A stretch of 46,436 nucleotides of DNA, taken from Paramecium tetraurelia (lineage: Eukaryota). This document shows positions 10,112-22,968 of this stretch, piece by piece. Position numbers and translations under genes: made by a program. Each line of letters opens with the position of its first letter. Positions within the stretch are counted from its first letter, which is position 1. The stretch is taken from NCBI GenBank assembly GCA_000165425.1, contig CT868064.1:124001-170436 (forward strand). The letters are read 5' to 3'. The notes under the pieces were generated by a model. The model did not search any database and was not told the origin of the DNA. It saw nothing but the letters and a program-made list of their open reading frames with translations.

Positions 10112-13100
10112 ATGAAAGTTGAGACATTTTTATACATTCTGCTAATCTTAGGGTATTTCGGAGTGAATGGTTTAACAAATTAACCCGCTGGAGTACAAGC
10201 AACAGCACAAACCGACAGTCAACCTGCATATCTTTGTTCGACAGGTAATAATGAAGAATATACAATAGGCTATTTTTTCAATGATTAGATCTGTATGTCT
10301 TGCTTAACAGTTGCAGGAGGATTATGCACATGTAAAGCATATAATGGCTGTGATACTCTCACTTGCAATGATGGTTATTACTAAGTTGGATAGTATATTT
10401 AAATATCATATTATGTAGATCTTGCATCACAATTCCAGACACCAATTGCGCCAAAGGTGGTTTATCAGCCGACGGAACAAGCATAGTGTGTTACTCATGC
10501 AAAGCAGGTTCGTCGACAACATTGATTGGTATATTTAATAATTATATAATAGGTGGAATATGTGTTTCGAATAATAATTGTTAAACCTTCGATTTGAACA
10601 CTGGTATTTGTACAAAATGTAATGATGGATTCTACAACGTAATGGCTGAATACACTCCCAGCGAATATTTCGATACAACAGCATCCACTTGGACCTCATC
10701 TAATTATCCTCTTTATTTCCAAAATATCTAATAATGTAAGGCTTGCAATGCAGATGTCTCATGCAAAACTTGTAATTTCCTGTAATTATATTCATGATTA
10801 ATTAATCTAGTACTTAATGCACAGCCTGCATTGACAATTTCTATTTGAGTGGAACTAAATGTAATGCATGCATTACAGGATGTCAAAAATGTAATGACTC
10901 TTCAACTTGTACAACTTGTATTTCAACTTCTTCACCACCATATTATTTAACAAATACAAACACTTGTATATAATGTTCTGGAATCTAATATTGGGATACT
11001 TAATAGAAAAAATGTGTTGATTGTACAACAATAGATCCCAATTGCACAGCATGTACTTCTAATACATGTACGACCTGTAGTGCTGGTAACTATCCTGTCA
11101 ATGGAACATGTAAAACATGTACAGGATACCCCACTACATGTTCAGCTTGTGATGCTAATGGTACTTGTACAAGTTGTACTTCAAATTCAGTAATGTCTAT
11201 TTTGGTTTAACAAAACAATACATGTAAAACATGTCCTACTAATTGTTATTCTGCATCAAATTGCTAATTCAACTCATAAAACAATACTACAATTTGTACT
11301 TTATGTCAAGATCTTTACTATGTTAATGCTTCAGGACAATGTGCTTTGTGTGATTCAGCTGGAGAAAGTAATGCTTTGAGATGTCACTATGATGCAACTG
11401 TTACTGGTAACATAGTTTACACCTAATGTAAATCCCCTTACTTCTTGGCTAATAACAAATGTACTCAAGCATAATCTACTAACACTTGTGCCAAATTACA
11501 AGTAATAGATAGTCAAACTCAATTAAGTAACTAAAACTGTGCTGAATGCTGGCCTGGATATATTCAAAGTGGTGCTACTTGTTTCCAATGTAATAATTGC
11601 CAATCTGGAAGCTGTTCATTAAATACAAGCAACTAACCATCATGTACTCTATGTGTTGATGGATACTATGCTGATACAAATCAAAATTGTCAATCCTGTA
11701 TTTCCAATTGTACTTCATGCAGTGGATCCGGGATCGGAGATTGTACAAATTGCTAAGCTGGTTATTTCAAGGGAACCACTTCATGCACAGCTTGTACTGT
11801 TGACAGCAACAATCATGCAACTTGTTTGGTTTGCTAAGATGCTACCAACTGTTCCAGTTGCATAAATGGCTACTATGTTTCAAATGGTTTATGTTTGGCC
11901 TGTTAATATGGATGTAGTTAATGTACTACCCCAGGAAACGTATGCACAGCATGTATCAACGGATACTACTTATAAAATGGAGGTTGTGTTCAAGACAATG
12001 GAAATTGCTATTCCACTGATAAGCAGAATGTCCTCACCACAATCCAAGCAAATTAAACCAATGGTTGTTAGATCTGTAATTATGGTTTCTACTTGACCAG
12101 TGGATGGCTAACTTAATAAACCTCATCATAGATTCAAGATTATGTTTGCATGTAATGTGTCTATCCTTAAACTGCTGTATTTTTATTTGTTTTTAATCTT
12201 TTTAGTTTGTTTGCAGAACCAACCCATAAGATGTTTCTGTATAATCCGTGTAACCCACAGTAACCTCCCTCACACCTAGCAGTCAATACTTTGCCAAGGG
12301 TTCAGTTGTTACTACTATTTCCAATTTCGGATTATTAGATACAAGATACACCTAAGCCACATGTGCCCCTGGATACTTCTGGACCAATCAAAGTTGTATG
12401 CCTTGCATGTCAGTAACTAATGGTACTTGCACATCATGCACTAATCTTACTGCTTGTACCCAAATTACATGTTCCACTAACTATTTCTTAACCACAATCA
12501 ATAACACTCAATTATGTGCACCCATACCAGCTGGATGCAGTGAATTAACATACTCAACTACTCTTCTTGCCTTAGCCTGTACAAAATGCAACACTGGATA
12601 CACTCTAGTCGGATCATCCATCTGTGTTTCAAATACTGGTTGTTAAACTGTTAATCCAAGCACTGGAATATGTACTCAATGTTCAGATGGCTTTTACTTC
12701 AATTGGGATTTCGTCTTGAATGCATAATAAAATCCTCCAACCACCAACACCAAATATTACTCCACATTCAATCAATTCTGTTCAGCATGTTAAGCAGGAT
12801 GTTAGACTTGTCCATCCTAATACACCTGTACTTTATGTTTACCAGGATACTTCTGGTATTAATCAACAGTCACCTCTAACACTGGTGCATTTATCAAATA
12901 CAGTTCCAATTTGACATCAAATATTTCAGGATAATGTGTCACATGTCCTAAATACTGTTAGACTTGTACATCAGCTACTACTTGCAGTACTTGTTATCCC
13001 AATTTCTAACCAGATCCTAACTCAACTGTCGGTGCATGCATGTGTCCATCAGGATATAATTTAATTACTTCTGGTTCATCAATAACATGTATCTAATAAA

Positions 13101-14416
13101 CACAAACTACTGCAATATGCAATATAACTGCTTGTTCTCAATGCAATGCCGATAACACTCAATGTTTGGCTTGCTTAGCACAATATTAAGGAAAGTCCTA
13201 CACTTTAATGGGATCAACTTGTGTCACTTGCACATAAAATTGTAGCTCATGCACATTGATGACTGGCAGCACAAGTCAAACTACTTGTTAAGTTTGCTAG
13301 AACGGATATTATAAGACTCAAAGCGCCAATGATCAACCAGTCCTCTGTTCTATTTGCTCATAAACTGGAGCTCTCTTATGTCAAGGTCCTTTGGAGAATG
13401 CCACCTTCTCATAGGTCACAGTTATCCAATGTCAAAATAACTATTATTTATATAATGGAACTTGTGTTCCAGTACCCACTACAGCCACTTGCTATACAAT
13501 TTCAGCTTAAAACGGCAGCAATTGTCAATAATGTCTCCCTGGATATACATTATTTGGAAGCACTTGTTAAACATGTGCCACAAGCAAGAACTAGAATTGT
13601 GTGTAATGCAATGCAAATGCTGATTAAACTGGATTGTAATGCACTTAATGTTAAAATGGATATGTGATTGATTCTACCAACAACGTTTGTGTTGCATGCA
13701 TAAGTGGATGCACTAAATGTACTTTGATTGCTGCCACTTAAAATACTGCATAAAGTACTTTATGTAGTGCCTGCAATGATGGAAATTACTTGGACAACAC
13801 AACTGGAAGATGCTTTGCTTGCCCATATGATTGCAAGACATGCGATACTAAATTTGTACTTATTTTATTTTATAATATCATAGACATGCACAACATGCAA
13901 GGATGGATTTTATTTGAAATAATCACAAACTACATTCAATGCCAAATAATACACCTTCAAACCATGTTACCCATGTTAGTCTAATTGTGCAACATGCTCA
14001 GCAAATGGAAATGTCTGTTTGACTTGCTCATCTGGATATGTCTTATAAAATGGTGGATGTGTCAATTTGTAATAATCAATCGTCAATGATGCCAACCAAG
14101 TACAATTATGCCAATTGTTATTAACTTGACACAACTAACACAGGATGTCTTAACTGTTTAGCTGGATTCTACTTAGATGCCTCTAAAGTATGTTAAGAAT
14201 GTGTTTCTCCATACAACAACGTAAGATTAATCAATTAACCTTTAGTTTGTTTGTGGCCTCAAACCAGTTAGTCCAACCAATCCAGTAGACCCAGGAAATA
14301 ATAATAATGGTAATACAACACCAACTGACACCACTATCCAAATTGGATAAAATCCAGCTCCACCAAGTTCATATTCAATTATATTGGGAATGCTAATAGT
14401 CATAGTTTTATAATGA
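10112..14416 (+). CDS. Large Cys-rich (CxxC / furin-like repeat) surface protein with signal peptide and GPI-type C-terminus, two tandem modules
   Basis: N-terminus MKVETFLYILLILGYFGVNG, dozens of CxxC..GYY repeats, multiple tiny introns (e.g. 10245-10268, 12177-12205, 14221-14245). The frame stays open across 12206-12380. It ends PAPPSSYSIILGMLIVIVLQ-TGA. Confidence 0.88.
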
Positions 14417-14456
14417 GCATTTTTAGATAATCATAATTATATTTTAAATACGGTTT

Positions 14457-16631
14457 ATGTATATTAAGTTTGCAACTATCTTTATCCTGACTTTCACATC
14501 ATTCGCTTAAACCACTGGGCAGGATTGCACTGAGTTGAGTTGCATATCTACTGGTGCTCTCAAACAACAATACACCACAAGAGTATCATAAAAGTGTATG
14601 GAAGGTAAGCTTGATGATGATCAATTAAATTAGGGTATTTTTGGGCAGGACAATCATGCTAACCTTGTAAGCCAATCTAGGGTGGACATTACGCTTGCAC
14701 TTCTTATTGGGGAACTGGTACATTGTATTGTTTATCTGGTTGGACAATCCTAAATGGGTAAATAATAAAATTACGTACATAGGGTTTGTGTGAATCTACC
14801 CAATGGATGCTTAACCTACTAGTTAAATCAGGATTAGAATGCTTATGTTTGTGGTTCTTGTGATACTGGATTCACTCTGATAGCAGGAGTGTGTGTATAA
14901 AATTAAGCATGTGTCACTTACAGCAGTACTAAATATGTGTGTACTTAATGCTAATAAGGATATTATTTAAATTGGGATTATATACCTGATGTCTCTTCTG
15001 CAAGCGACAACTATTATAATTATTTTGGTAGCTTTTGTAATCCTTGCAGCATTTCAAGTTGTGCAAATTGTCCATCAGCGTAATCATATGCTTTATACTT
15101 AGCAATACTTGTACTTAATGTAAACCAGGATTTTTTTGGTCATTTAGTGGATTAACATCTACTTCTGTAACATCAGGATCTGGAACATGTGAAAAATGTC
15201 TTGATAATTGTATAAATTGCACAAACAATACAAATTGCACATAATGTTCTGATGGCTATTATGCAAACACAATTAATGGTATAACAACATGTTCTTCATG
15301 CTAACCTTCTACAACGTGTGTCAAATGCAGCAATTCAACAACATGTACTTAATGTCTAAGTAGTTATTAATTATTAAACCCAACCACTTGCGAGAAATTG
15401 TATGATGGTTGTACTTAAATGGATACAAATAAGAATTGTACATCTTGTTAAAGTAATTACGTATTGAATACATAATCACCCAAAACTTGCACACCTTGTG
15501 GAACAGGATGCGCGACTTGCTAATTAAGTAATAATATAGCCACTTGCACTGCATGCCAAGAATTTTACTATGCAACAAAAGATTCCAATGGAATTGTCAC
15601 TTGTGTTGAATGCAAATCCAATCCATAATCCACTGGTTGGTTGAGATGTGGAGGTCCATATGATAGCCCATCATACACCACAGTTTAAGTAACCCAATGT
15701 ATCGATGGTTATTTCTTGGTCAATATAACATCCAATAACATCACTACACCCACTTGCATTGCAGCCATTCCTTCATCAGCTTGTCTGACACTTACCACAA
15801 CATCCACCAACACAAATAATATCTGTGCCACATGCATACCTAATTACAATCCTTATGTTGATGGAACTTGCTTATCTTGTCCTCCTCAATAAGGAGCCAA
15901 ATAACAACTCTCCAGTCAATGTAACAAATGTAGTGGAACATCCACAACCAATATCTCTTGTGCTGGATGTAGTCAAAGATACTTCCTTTAATCTGCAAAT
16001 TCAGCAGTTTCAGCCACATGTGCCACTTGTTCTGCTAGTGGTGGATGTCTTGAATGTCAATCTAATCTTAATTGTACTAAATGCGATGTTGGCTACTTTA
16101 AGACTGGGGATTCGAACAATTCTGTATGTCAACCTTGTCTCAAAAATTGTGCTGTTTGTACTGATTCAAATGTATTGATTCACTCATATTTTAGAAATGC
16201 ACAACTTGCATGGATGGCTATTTTGCTTATACTGGTTCACAAACAGCTTAATCTGCTTGTGTGGCTTGTTAATTTGGATGTGCTACATGCAATAACCCTG
16301 GAAGTACATGTTAATCCTGTATTGATGGATATGTACTCTAAAGTGGTGGTTGTGTACCTTTGAATTAAGCTAATTGTGCAGTAAAACTTAACTCCGCAAC
16401 AACAACAACTATTCAAACCTATAATTCAAATGGCTGTAGTATTTGTAAATATGGATTCCATATGATATCCAATCGTTGCTTTTAATCAGTCCAACCTTAT
16501 GCAGGAGTATTTAAATATCTTATCTTTAGTTTGCTTATAAGCAATTAAGCGAATAAACAATTATTAATGACACTCCACAATTTGGATTTATTTTGACATC
16601 GATGTTCATAATGTTACAATTTGTTTTTTGA
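14457..16631 (+). CDS. Cys-rich surface protein, single-module paralog of the upstream gene, GPI-type C-terminus
   Basis: Signal peptide MYIKFATIFILTFTSFA, CxxC repeats, introns at 14605-14633 and 16507-16529 among others. It ends QFGFILTSMFIMLQFVF-TGA. Confidence 0.87.
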
Positions 16632-16667
16632 AATGGATATGCAAATATATAAATCATACAATATTAA

Positions 16668-18601
16668 TCATTTAAAAAGAGTACTATATAATTCACTGAT
16701 CTTTAACTCCCCAGATTTAAATGTCCTCTATAGTAATTGATCGCTCCTCATCTTTCTATGTCTAAATGACAATTGTAGTTTGTACAAGTTTAATGTATCG
16801 TTCTATTCAGTTATTATTCTCTTTGGTTCATTATTCTTCTTTAAAGCATCTCCGTAGAGCATTTTTAAATCAGTCAACTAACTTAAATTGATTATAGTCC
16901 TTAACTTAATCTGTTTGGACTTCACTCTCTTAGTAAAATCTTCAGATGATTACTTGCTGTGTATCTTAGCAGAGGATAACAGTATTTAAGCATATTCAAT
17001 AGGAGGAGAACGTTCTTTTGATTCCTTTGGTGAATTCAAGGGATGTGTATGAGCAGTCCTTTTAACCACTCTATCCTCCTTGAATATTTTATCAATCAAT
17101 TTCTAATTAAAACTGGACAACTTCCTTTCTCTAACTGTTTTCACTACCTTCTTCTCTTCCTATTATTGTTCCGGTTCCTAAGATTCCAAAATTTCAGTTT
17201 GTTGCTTTAAACTCTCAAATGGTTTAATTTAGGATGGACTTCTAATTATTAAAGTTGGCGATTCCAATCCACTCGATTAAAATGTCTTGCCCTGCTGTAA
17301 ACAAGTAAAATCTCTGGCAATCATCAATGAAGAAGTCATTGATTTTTTGGAATTGCCCCCATTCCCTCCACTTATCTTAGTGTAATCCCTTTTTATTATC
17401 CCTTTTGGAAACAACTTGGAGGGAGCCTGGAGTGTGCTCTGACTTTTCCTCAACCAAGGATGACCCAATACCTAATAAGCTGAATACCTCTCATTTGGAT
17501 CTGGATGCAACATCAATTGAACGAGTTCCTTGTATTCCTTGCTCAAAGTAATGTTTGGAAATTAGTAGTTTAATTTTAAGATGTTCTGAACAGTCTACTC
17601 TTAGATTGGTCGAGTGAAGGGCAGAGTGCCACACACTAGAGCAAACAATATCACTCCCATTGCCCATATGTCTATAGATGGTCGTATCTATTGGATTTAT
17701 CCTGATAGCACTTCAGGAGGCATGTAACTTAAACTTCCCAAATCTATCTTATCAATGATAAAGTTTGTAGCCACAGTAGCAATACCAAAATCTATGATCT
17801 TGACCTATTTGTCTGTTTTAGATGTTAAAAGAATATTCTCCAGCTTCAGATCTCTATGTACTAGCTTTTAATCGTGGCAATAACAAATGGCATCTGCGAT
17901 TTATCGAAATATAATGCGTGCCTCTTCCTCAGTAAGTTTTCCCTTCTCTAAATGATTACTCTATGAAATATTACATTGAATATAATCCACTAAGTCCCCT
18001 CCTTCTAAAAATTCCATAATTAAAACTACCTACATACTTGGAAGTGTGTAGCAATTGATAATCTTTATAATGTTTTTATGTCTTAGATTCTTCATTACTT
18101 CTGCTTCTCTAAATACCAAGTCTATATCAGCAGCATTCCATAATTTCCCTGAATCGATAATTTTAATGGCAACTTATTCTTGAGTCAGCTTATGTTTACC
18201 CAGCATCACTTTGCCAAATCCTCCTTCCCCCAAGGTCTTCATAATCTGATAGACACTGAATTGGGAATAAGCATCAAAATCTCTAGCTAAAAGTGAACTT
18301 TATAGGAAGAATGAAATTACAATCGGAAACGTATAGCAATGTGCCATCTTTCAGAAACATTAGATCTTCCTCAAAGATCTCAACCCCTTATTAGGTAAAC
18401 AATCGAAGTCGATCTAATTCTATTGAATAGAAATGTTCAGCCTTCTTTTTAATATCTTTCATACTGATCTGATTATTATTAAGCTCATTTTACTAGCGAA
18501 TACTCCATTGTAATGATCGCACTATTCAAATCTCCATTAAGTGTAAGCAACAACTTTTGTTTGCGATTCTCTTCAAAATAATTATCATAAATGTCTAACA
18601 T
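16668..18601 (-). CDS. CAMK-group (AMPK/SNF1/MARK-like) Ser/Thr kinase with N-terminal KHA/DCX-like domain
   Basis: LGEGGFGKV, VAIK, HRDLKLENILL, DFG, GSLSYMPPE, DIWAMGVILF and HPWL are all present. N-terminus has RLFTQQGVEIFEEDLMFLKDGTLLYVS. Several tiny introns. Confidence 0.93.
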
Positions 18602-18831
18602 ATTTATTATAATCAAAAATAAAAATTATATCAAACTTATCAGGTTGTACTCCGTTACTTAATGATATATTAATGAGAATCTGTAGTATATTTTATTTAT
18701 TATGTTGTAATAACTAATATCATTATTAAACCTATTTGTTTACAAAATTAAATACTAGATGATCACATTTACTGAAACATAAATAAATTGACGATTTTAA
18801 TATATTTTATATATTTATTTGTGTATATATT

Positions 18832-20336
18832 TCAATGTGACTCTTTCTTGCCTGGTAACAACTTAGACAAAAATCCATGATCATTGCTCTCACCCTCTGG
18901 CAATTTGAAGCTCTTCTTGATCTTGTAATAAGGGGGTCCCCAATTCTTTTCCAAGTAGATGTCTATGAATGCTTTCTTGAAGTTCTTGCACCAATTATAA
19001 TATCTAAATTATTATAATGAATGATTTACCTAAGAGAAGCCAAGAAGCCTCCATTTGAGAAATAAAGGTTGTGCCAAGCATTCTCATTGTTATATTTGTG
19101 ACACAAGAATGTTAGGGTATTTTAACCTAACAAAATTGGTACTTTACTATATCCATCATATTCGGCATTTAGTGATTTACCTGCAATGTTTCTTTCGATA
19201 TTATTTCTAACAACGTGAAGTTGATGGAATCCTGCCCAGAAACAATTAGTTGTAGGAACATCATTTACATCACCAAGTCCGAAAATGTTCTTAAATTTGT
19301 TGTGCTATAAGGTTTTGATGTTGACATCCAACAATCCCTTTGATGTGGTGAGACCAGCCTTAACTAATTAGTCATGAGGCTTTGTGGGTGCAACTGCATA
19401 CAAATGATTGAATGGTCTTGTCTATCTGCTGCCAGTTTTAACATCTTCGAAAATTGCTGTATTTTGTTATTTATTCACTTCAACCAATTTCAAACCATAT
19501 TCCACATTGATGTTTCTTCTTTTTATCTCCTCCTTGAAGAATTAATCTCCTGCATCATTGTACTAAACAAATCGCTCATTTGGTTAAATAATTGTGAGTC
19601 TCTTTATTGGTGATTGACGACCATTTGCTGTCTGCCATTCCCATATCCTTTAACTCAACAGGAAATTATAGGACTCCACTTCTCCACTGAATGGGAATTA
19701 AGGAATGCAGAAATATGCTTCACCGTGGTTGAAGTTGTAATGCCATCTTGTATATTTATGATTTGAGGAACGCCAACTTGGATGATCAAGATTTGTGAAG
19801 ACTGGAGAATCAAAATCTTACCAAGCCTCTTCGAATCCCTTGATTGCATCATAATTCACTTATTAACCTATAGAAATGTTAACATTGATATTTAATACCC
19901 ATAGCCACAACTAATTAACCATAACTGATACGTCTGCCATTTCTCAATATGATGGCATTCTCTTCTGGCAAGATTGTTTGGGATCCCACTTAATCTGAGT
20001 GAGCTGTGTACATATTGAGTGACAATTTGGCATTTAATAAGAAATCAGTCTTTGGCTGTCTTCTATTATTCATAGATCTATCTGATTGGTGTTATTTAAT
20101 TGATATTCTAATCCAATACTACCATGGTCTTGTATTTTCCATGTGAAACCTAATCAATTATCAGAATATCCTAATACCTTATCAAGTTGTCTGCTTAAAA
20201 CACCACCCAAATTACATCCGATAATTACAACATCATAATGATCAAGATCTTTCTTTGTAGGCTTACGCTTGTTAAACACACCCGCGAAGTAGCGAGGTGT
20301 AAGCGAATGCCTCAATTGCATTCCAGATATTAGCAT
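18832..20336 (-). CDS. Mitochondrial sulfide:quinone oxidoreductase-like protein lacking both catalytic Cys, probable ortholog of ciliate ATP synthase subunit ATPTT1
   Basis: Basic mitochondrial-type presequence, then HYDVVIIGCNLGG, ISYGQLVVAMG, GLLDVNIKTLQHNKFKNIFGLGDVNDVPTT and AEYDGYSKVPILLG, colinear with SQOR. ATG at 20336, TGA at 18832-18834. Confidence 0.82.
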
Positions 20337-22335
20337 TTTTAAATTAATCAAATAATATACACTAAACTTTCATATCTCAATGGTGTTTTCGGCATTCCTT
20401 TATAAATTACCTTTGATTTAGAAATGCAAAAAAGTCTAGAACCATTTAGACTATTTTTCTTGAATTCATTTTATTAATTGATAATCAACAAAAAATTACA
20501 TCTATTTTAAAATATTTATTTATCTGGAAAGTTGAGTTTCAGGACTTTCGAAAAGCCATGTAACTGTAATTTAAATGTGTTTAAATATACAAAACTTAAA
20601 TCCTATTTGGTAATTGAAAAAAAGCATAAGAATTTATTTATATTAGTTGTGACCTAATGGATGTATGGACCATAAGATCTTGTCTCCAAGCAGTATTAAG
20701 AAATTATTAATAAAAAATTATAATATTTATTGTAGGTCTAATATATACAAATCATAAATACAGAAGAGTAACATATAACTTCAATTTATATGACATATCT
20801 ATGAGACATAATTAGAATAAAGTTATTAATAACAGGAGAATTCACTAATTTATAATTGTTTTTAATTATTAAGATATATATTGAGGAGTTCAATAAAGAG
20901 TCCAAAAGAGTTAAAATATAATTTATTTATTTTTAAAGCAGAACATTTCAAATTAATTCAAAGAATTTGATTAGAAATAAAATATTGATAATATAGTAAC
21001 CAAACTGTTAAATACAATTTAGATTAAATAAGAATTATAAATATCAGATTAAAAAAAATAATTAACTAAACCTAATTTAGATTGATTAATCTAAACCTAA
21101 TAATCATTTAGAAATTAACTTTACTTCAATATATTTTGCCAAATATATATTTATTATATTATTTATATTGGATTTAATTGGTCTATTTATTCAATACATT
21201 TTGATGGAAGTTAGAAAATATAGAACAAACAAAGAGAGATTGAGTAACTAAACTAAGTAAAGATGAAATAAACTTATTAATTAGATTTGATTTAGAAGTA
21301 GAAATATATTAATTTTCAACAATTATCGATTAATTAGTTCATTAGATAAAAAAAGTCTGCATTTGTCTAAATTCAACTAGTAATAATTAATTAGTTTGGT
21401 TAGTATATCAAAATATTTTACTCAAACATCAAATTATTCTTTTATTATAAATCACATAATAATTTAACATACTTTATAAGATTATATATGTGATTTTATA
21501 TGTATTTGTTAGAATTTATTGAATATATTAAAAAATAAAATTTGAGCAATAAAATTGAAATTAGTAACCCTAATTTATATGAAACTGAATTCTTATTACT
21601 AACACCATCGGAAGATTATGCTCAGCATATGTTTAGTAAAATAATTCCTTTTAAAAACTCACAATATTCGATTTATATATTTTTTTTATTCTTGATCATT
21701 AATTTGATAGAGAAGTTGAGCAGAAGAAACTCTTGATATTCATTACTTATTGAAATCTGTCTTAAATTTTGAAAAATTCACTACTTTGATATAAATTTAA
21801 TGCTTAATTCTTATAACAAAATAAGTGAATAAACTCTTCAGTCAAATAAACAACAAAAAATCATCTTCTTTATATTGTATAATCCAATAGAAACAATCGA
21901 TGTATGATATAACAACGTGTTCATTTTTTGAAAGTTAGTATAAAAATTCAAAATTTCTTTTTCCTACTATCACCTTAAATTTTTCGAGGTTGAATTATGT
22001 TATTTTATTTTACTTTACTTTTTTGAGGCTGCATTTAATTCTATGAACTCCTATAATATAATGAATCTATTTTTTGCTTATTGATTAAAAAGTTGGAATA
22101 GAAATACAGTTTTGCATTGATTTGCATTTTGATGATATTGAAGATCATAATGTAATCGTTGGAAAAAAATGATGAAAACACTATTAAAAATAGAAAAACT
22201 ACCACGACATAAGGGTATTATGAGGATATCAGAAGTTCAGAAACAGTAAAAGATAAGTTTGGATGGATTAAAATCAGAATGAATCTTGATCTCTATATTG
22301 AATGATGAATATAGACAAAATTGACTTATAATATA

Positions 22336-22548
22336 TCAAGTTCTGGCTTTCTTGATTCTTTTGGCTAAGGCACATTTATATTTTAAAAGATTTCTAGACG
22401 AAAGTACATCATTTGATGTTTCAAGGACTAAAAAATTTATTCGTTATTGATAGATCTCCATCTTCTTAACTGTTTATGCTTCTGAAGCTACTTCTATATC
22501 GTCATTCCATATTGAAATTGACCCATCTTTGTTGAAATTTGAATTCAT
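22336..22548 (-). CDS. Small hypothetical protein, 70 aa
   Basis: ATG 22548 to TGA 22336 is open in the ciliate code (MNSNFNKDGSISIWNDDIEVASE...KRIKKART) and is more GC-rich than its flanks. No recognisable motif. Confidence 0.4.
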
Positions 22549-22968
22549 TTGTTTGGTTTCTTTGCAAAAATGGTTTGAGTTGAGGAAAATTTAATTTAAT
22601 AAATAAATAAATAGGAGCTTGAAAGAAAATCAATTTAAATACTAATTTCTACTTGAAGATCAAATTTTTGTGGATTTGCCGAGAGCCTACTATACGACAT
22701 CACTATCAAGAAAGATTTTCTAAGAATGTCAAACATAAGAAATATTTAAAACGGATTTATAATATTTAAATATATGCCGCTAATATTAGTATTAATGAAA
22801 TTTATTGATTATTCATAAAAATATGTTCTTTACTAAGATGTAAAATTTTGAAATAAAAATATTCTCTATCACTTGATTATTTAATCTCTTCCTCTTTTAT
22901 ATAAAATGAAAACATATCCTTACAATTTAGAATGATAGAGAAAATAATAAAATACGTAATAAATAATA

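Noticed and set aside
10112..14416. Mating-type protein mtA or a classical immobilisation antigen
   Set aside because: It lacks the multipass C-terminal region expected of mtA, and the CxxC/furin-like periodicity differs from the i-antigen repeat pattern. No specific identity is supportable.
1216..20336. The three pseudo-enzymes as a functional gene cluster
   Set aside because: They belong to unrelated pathways and ciliate gene order is generally not operon-like. Co-location is probably chance.
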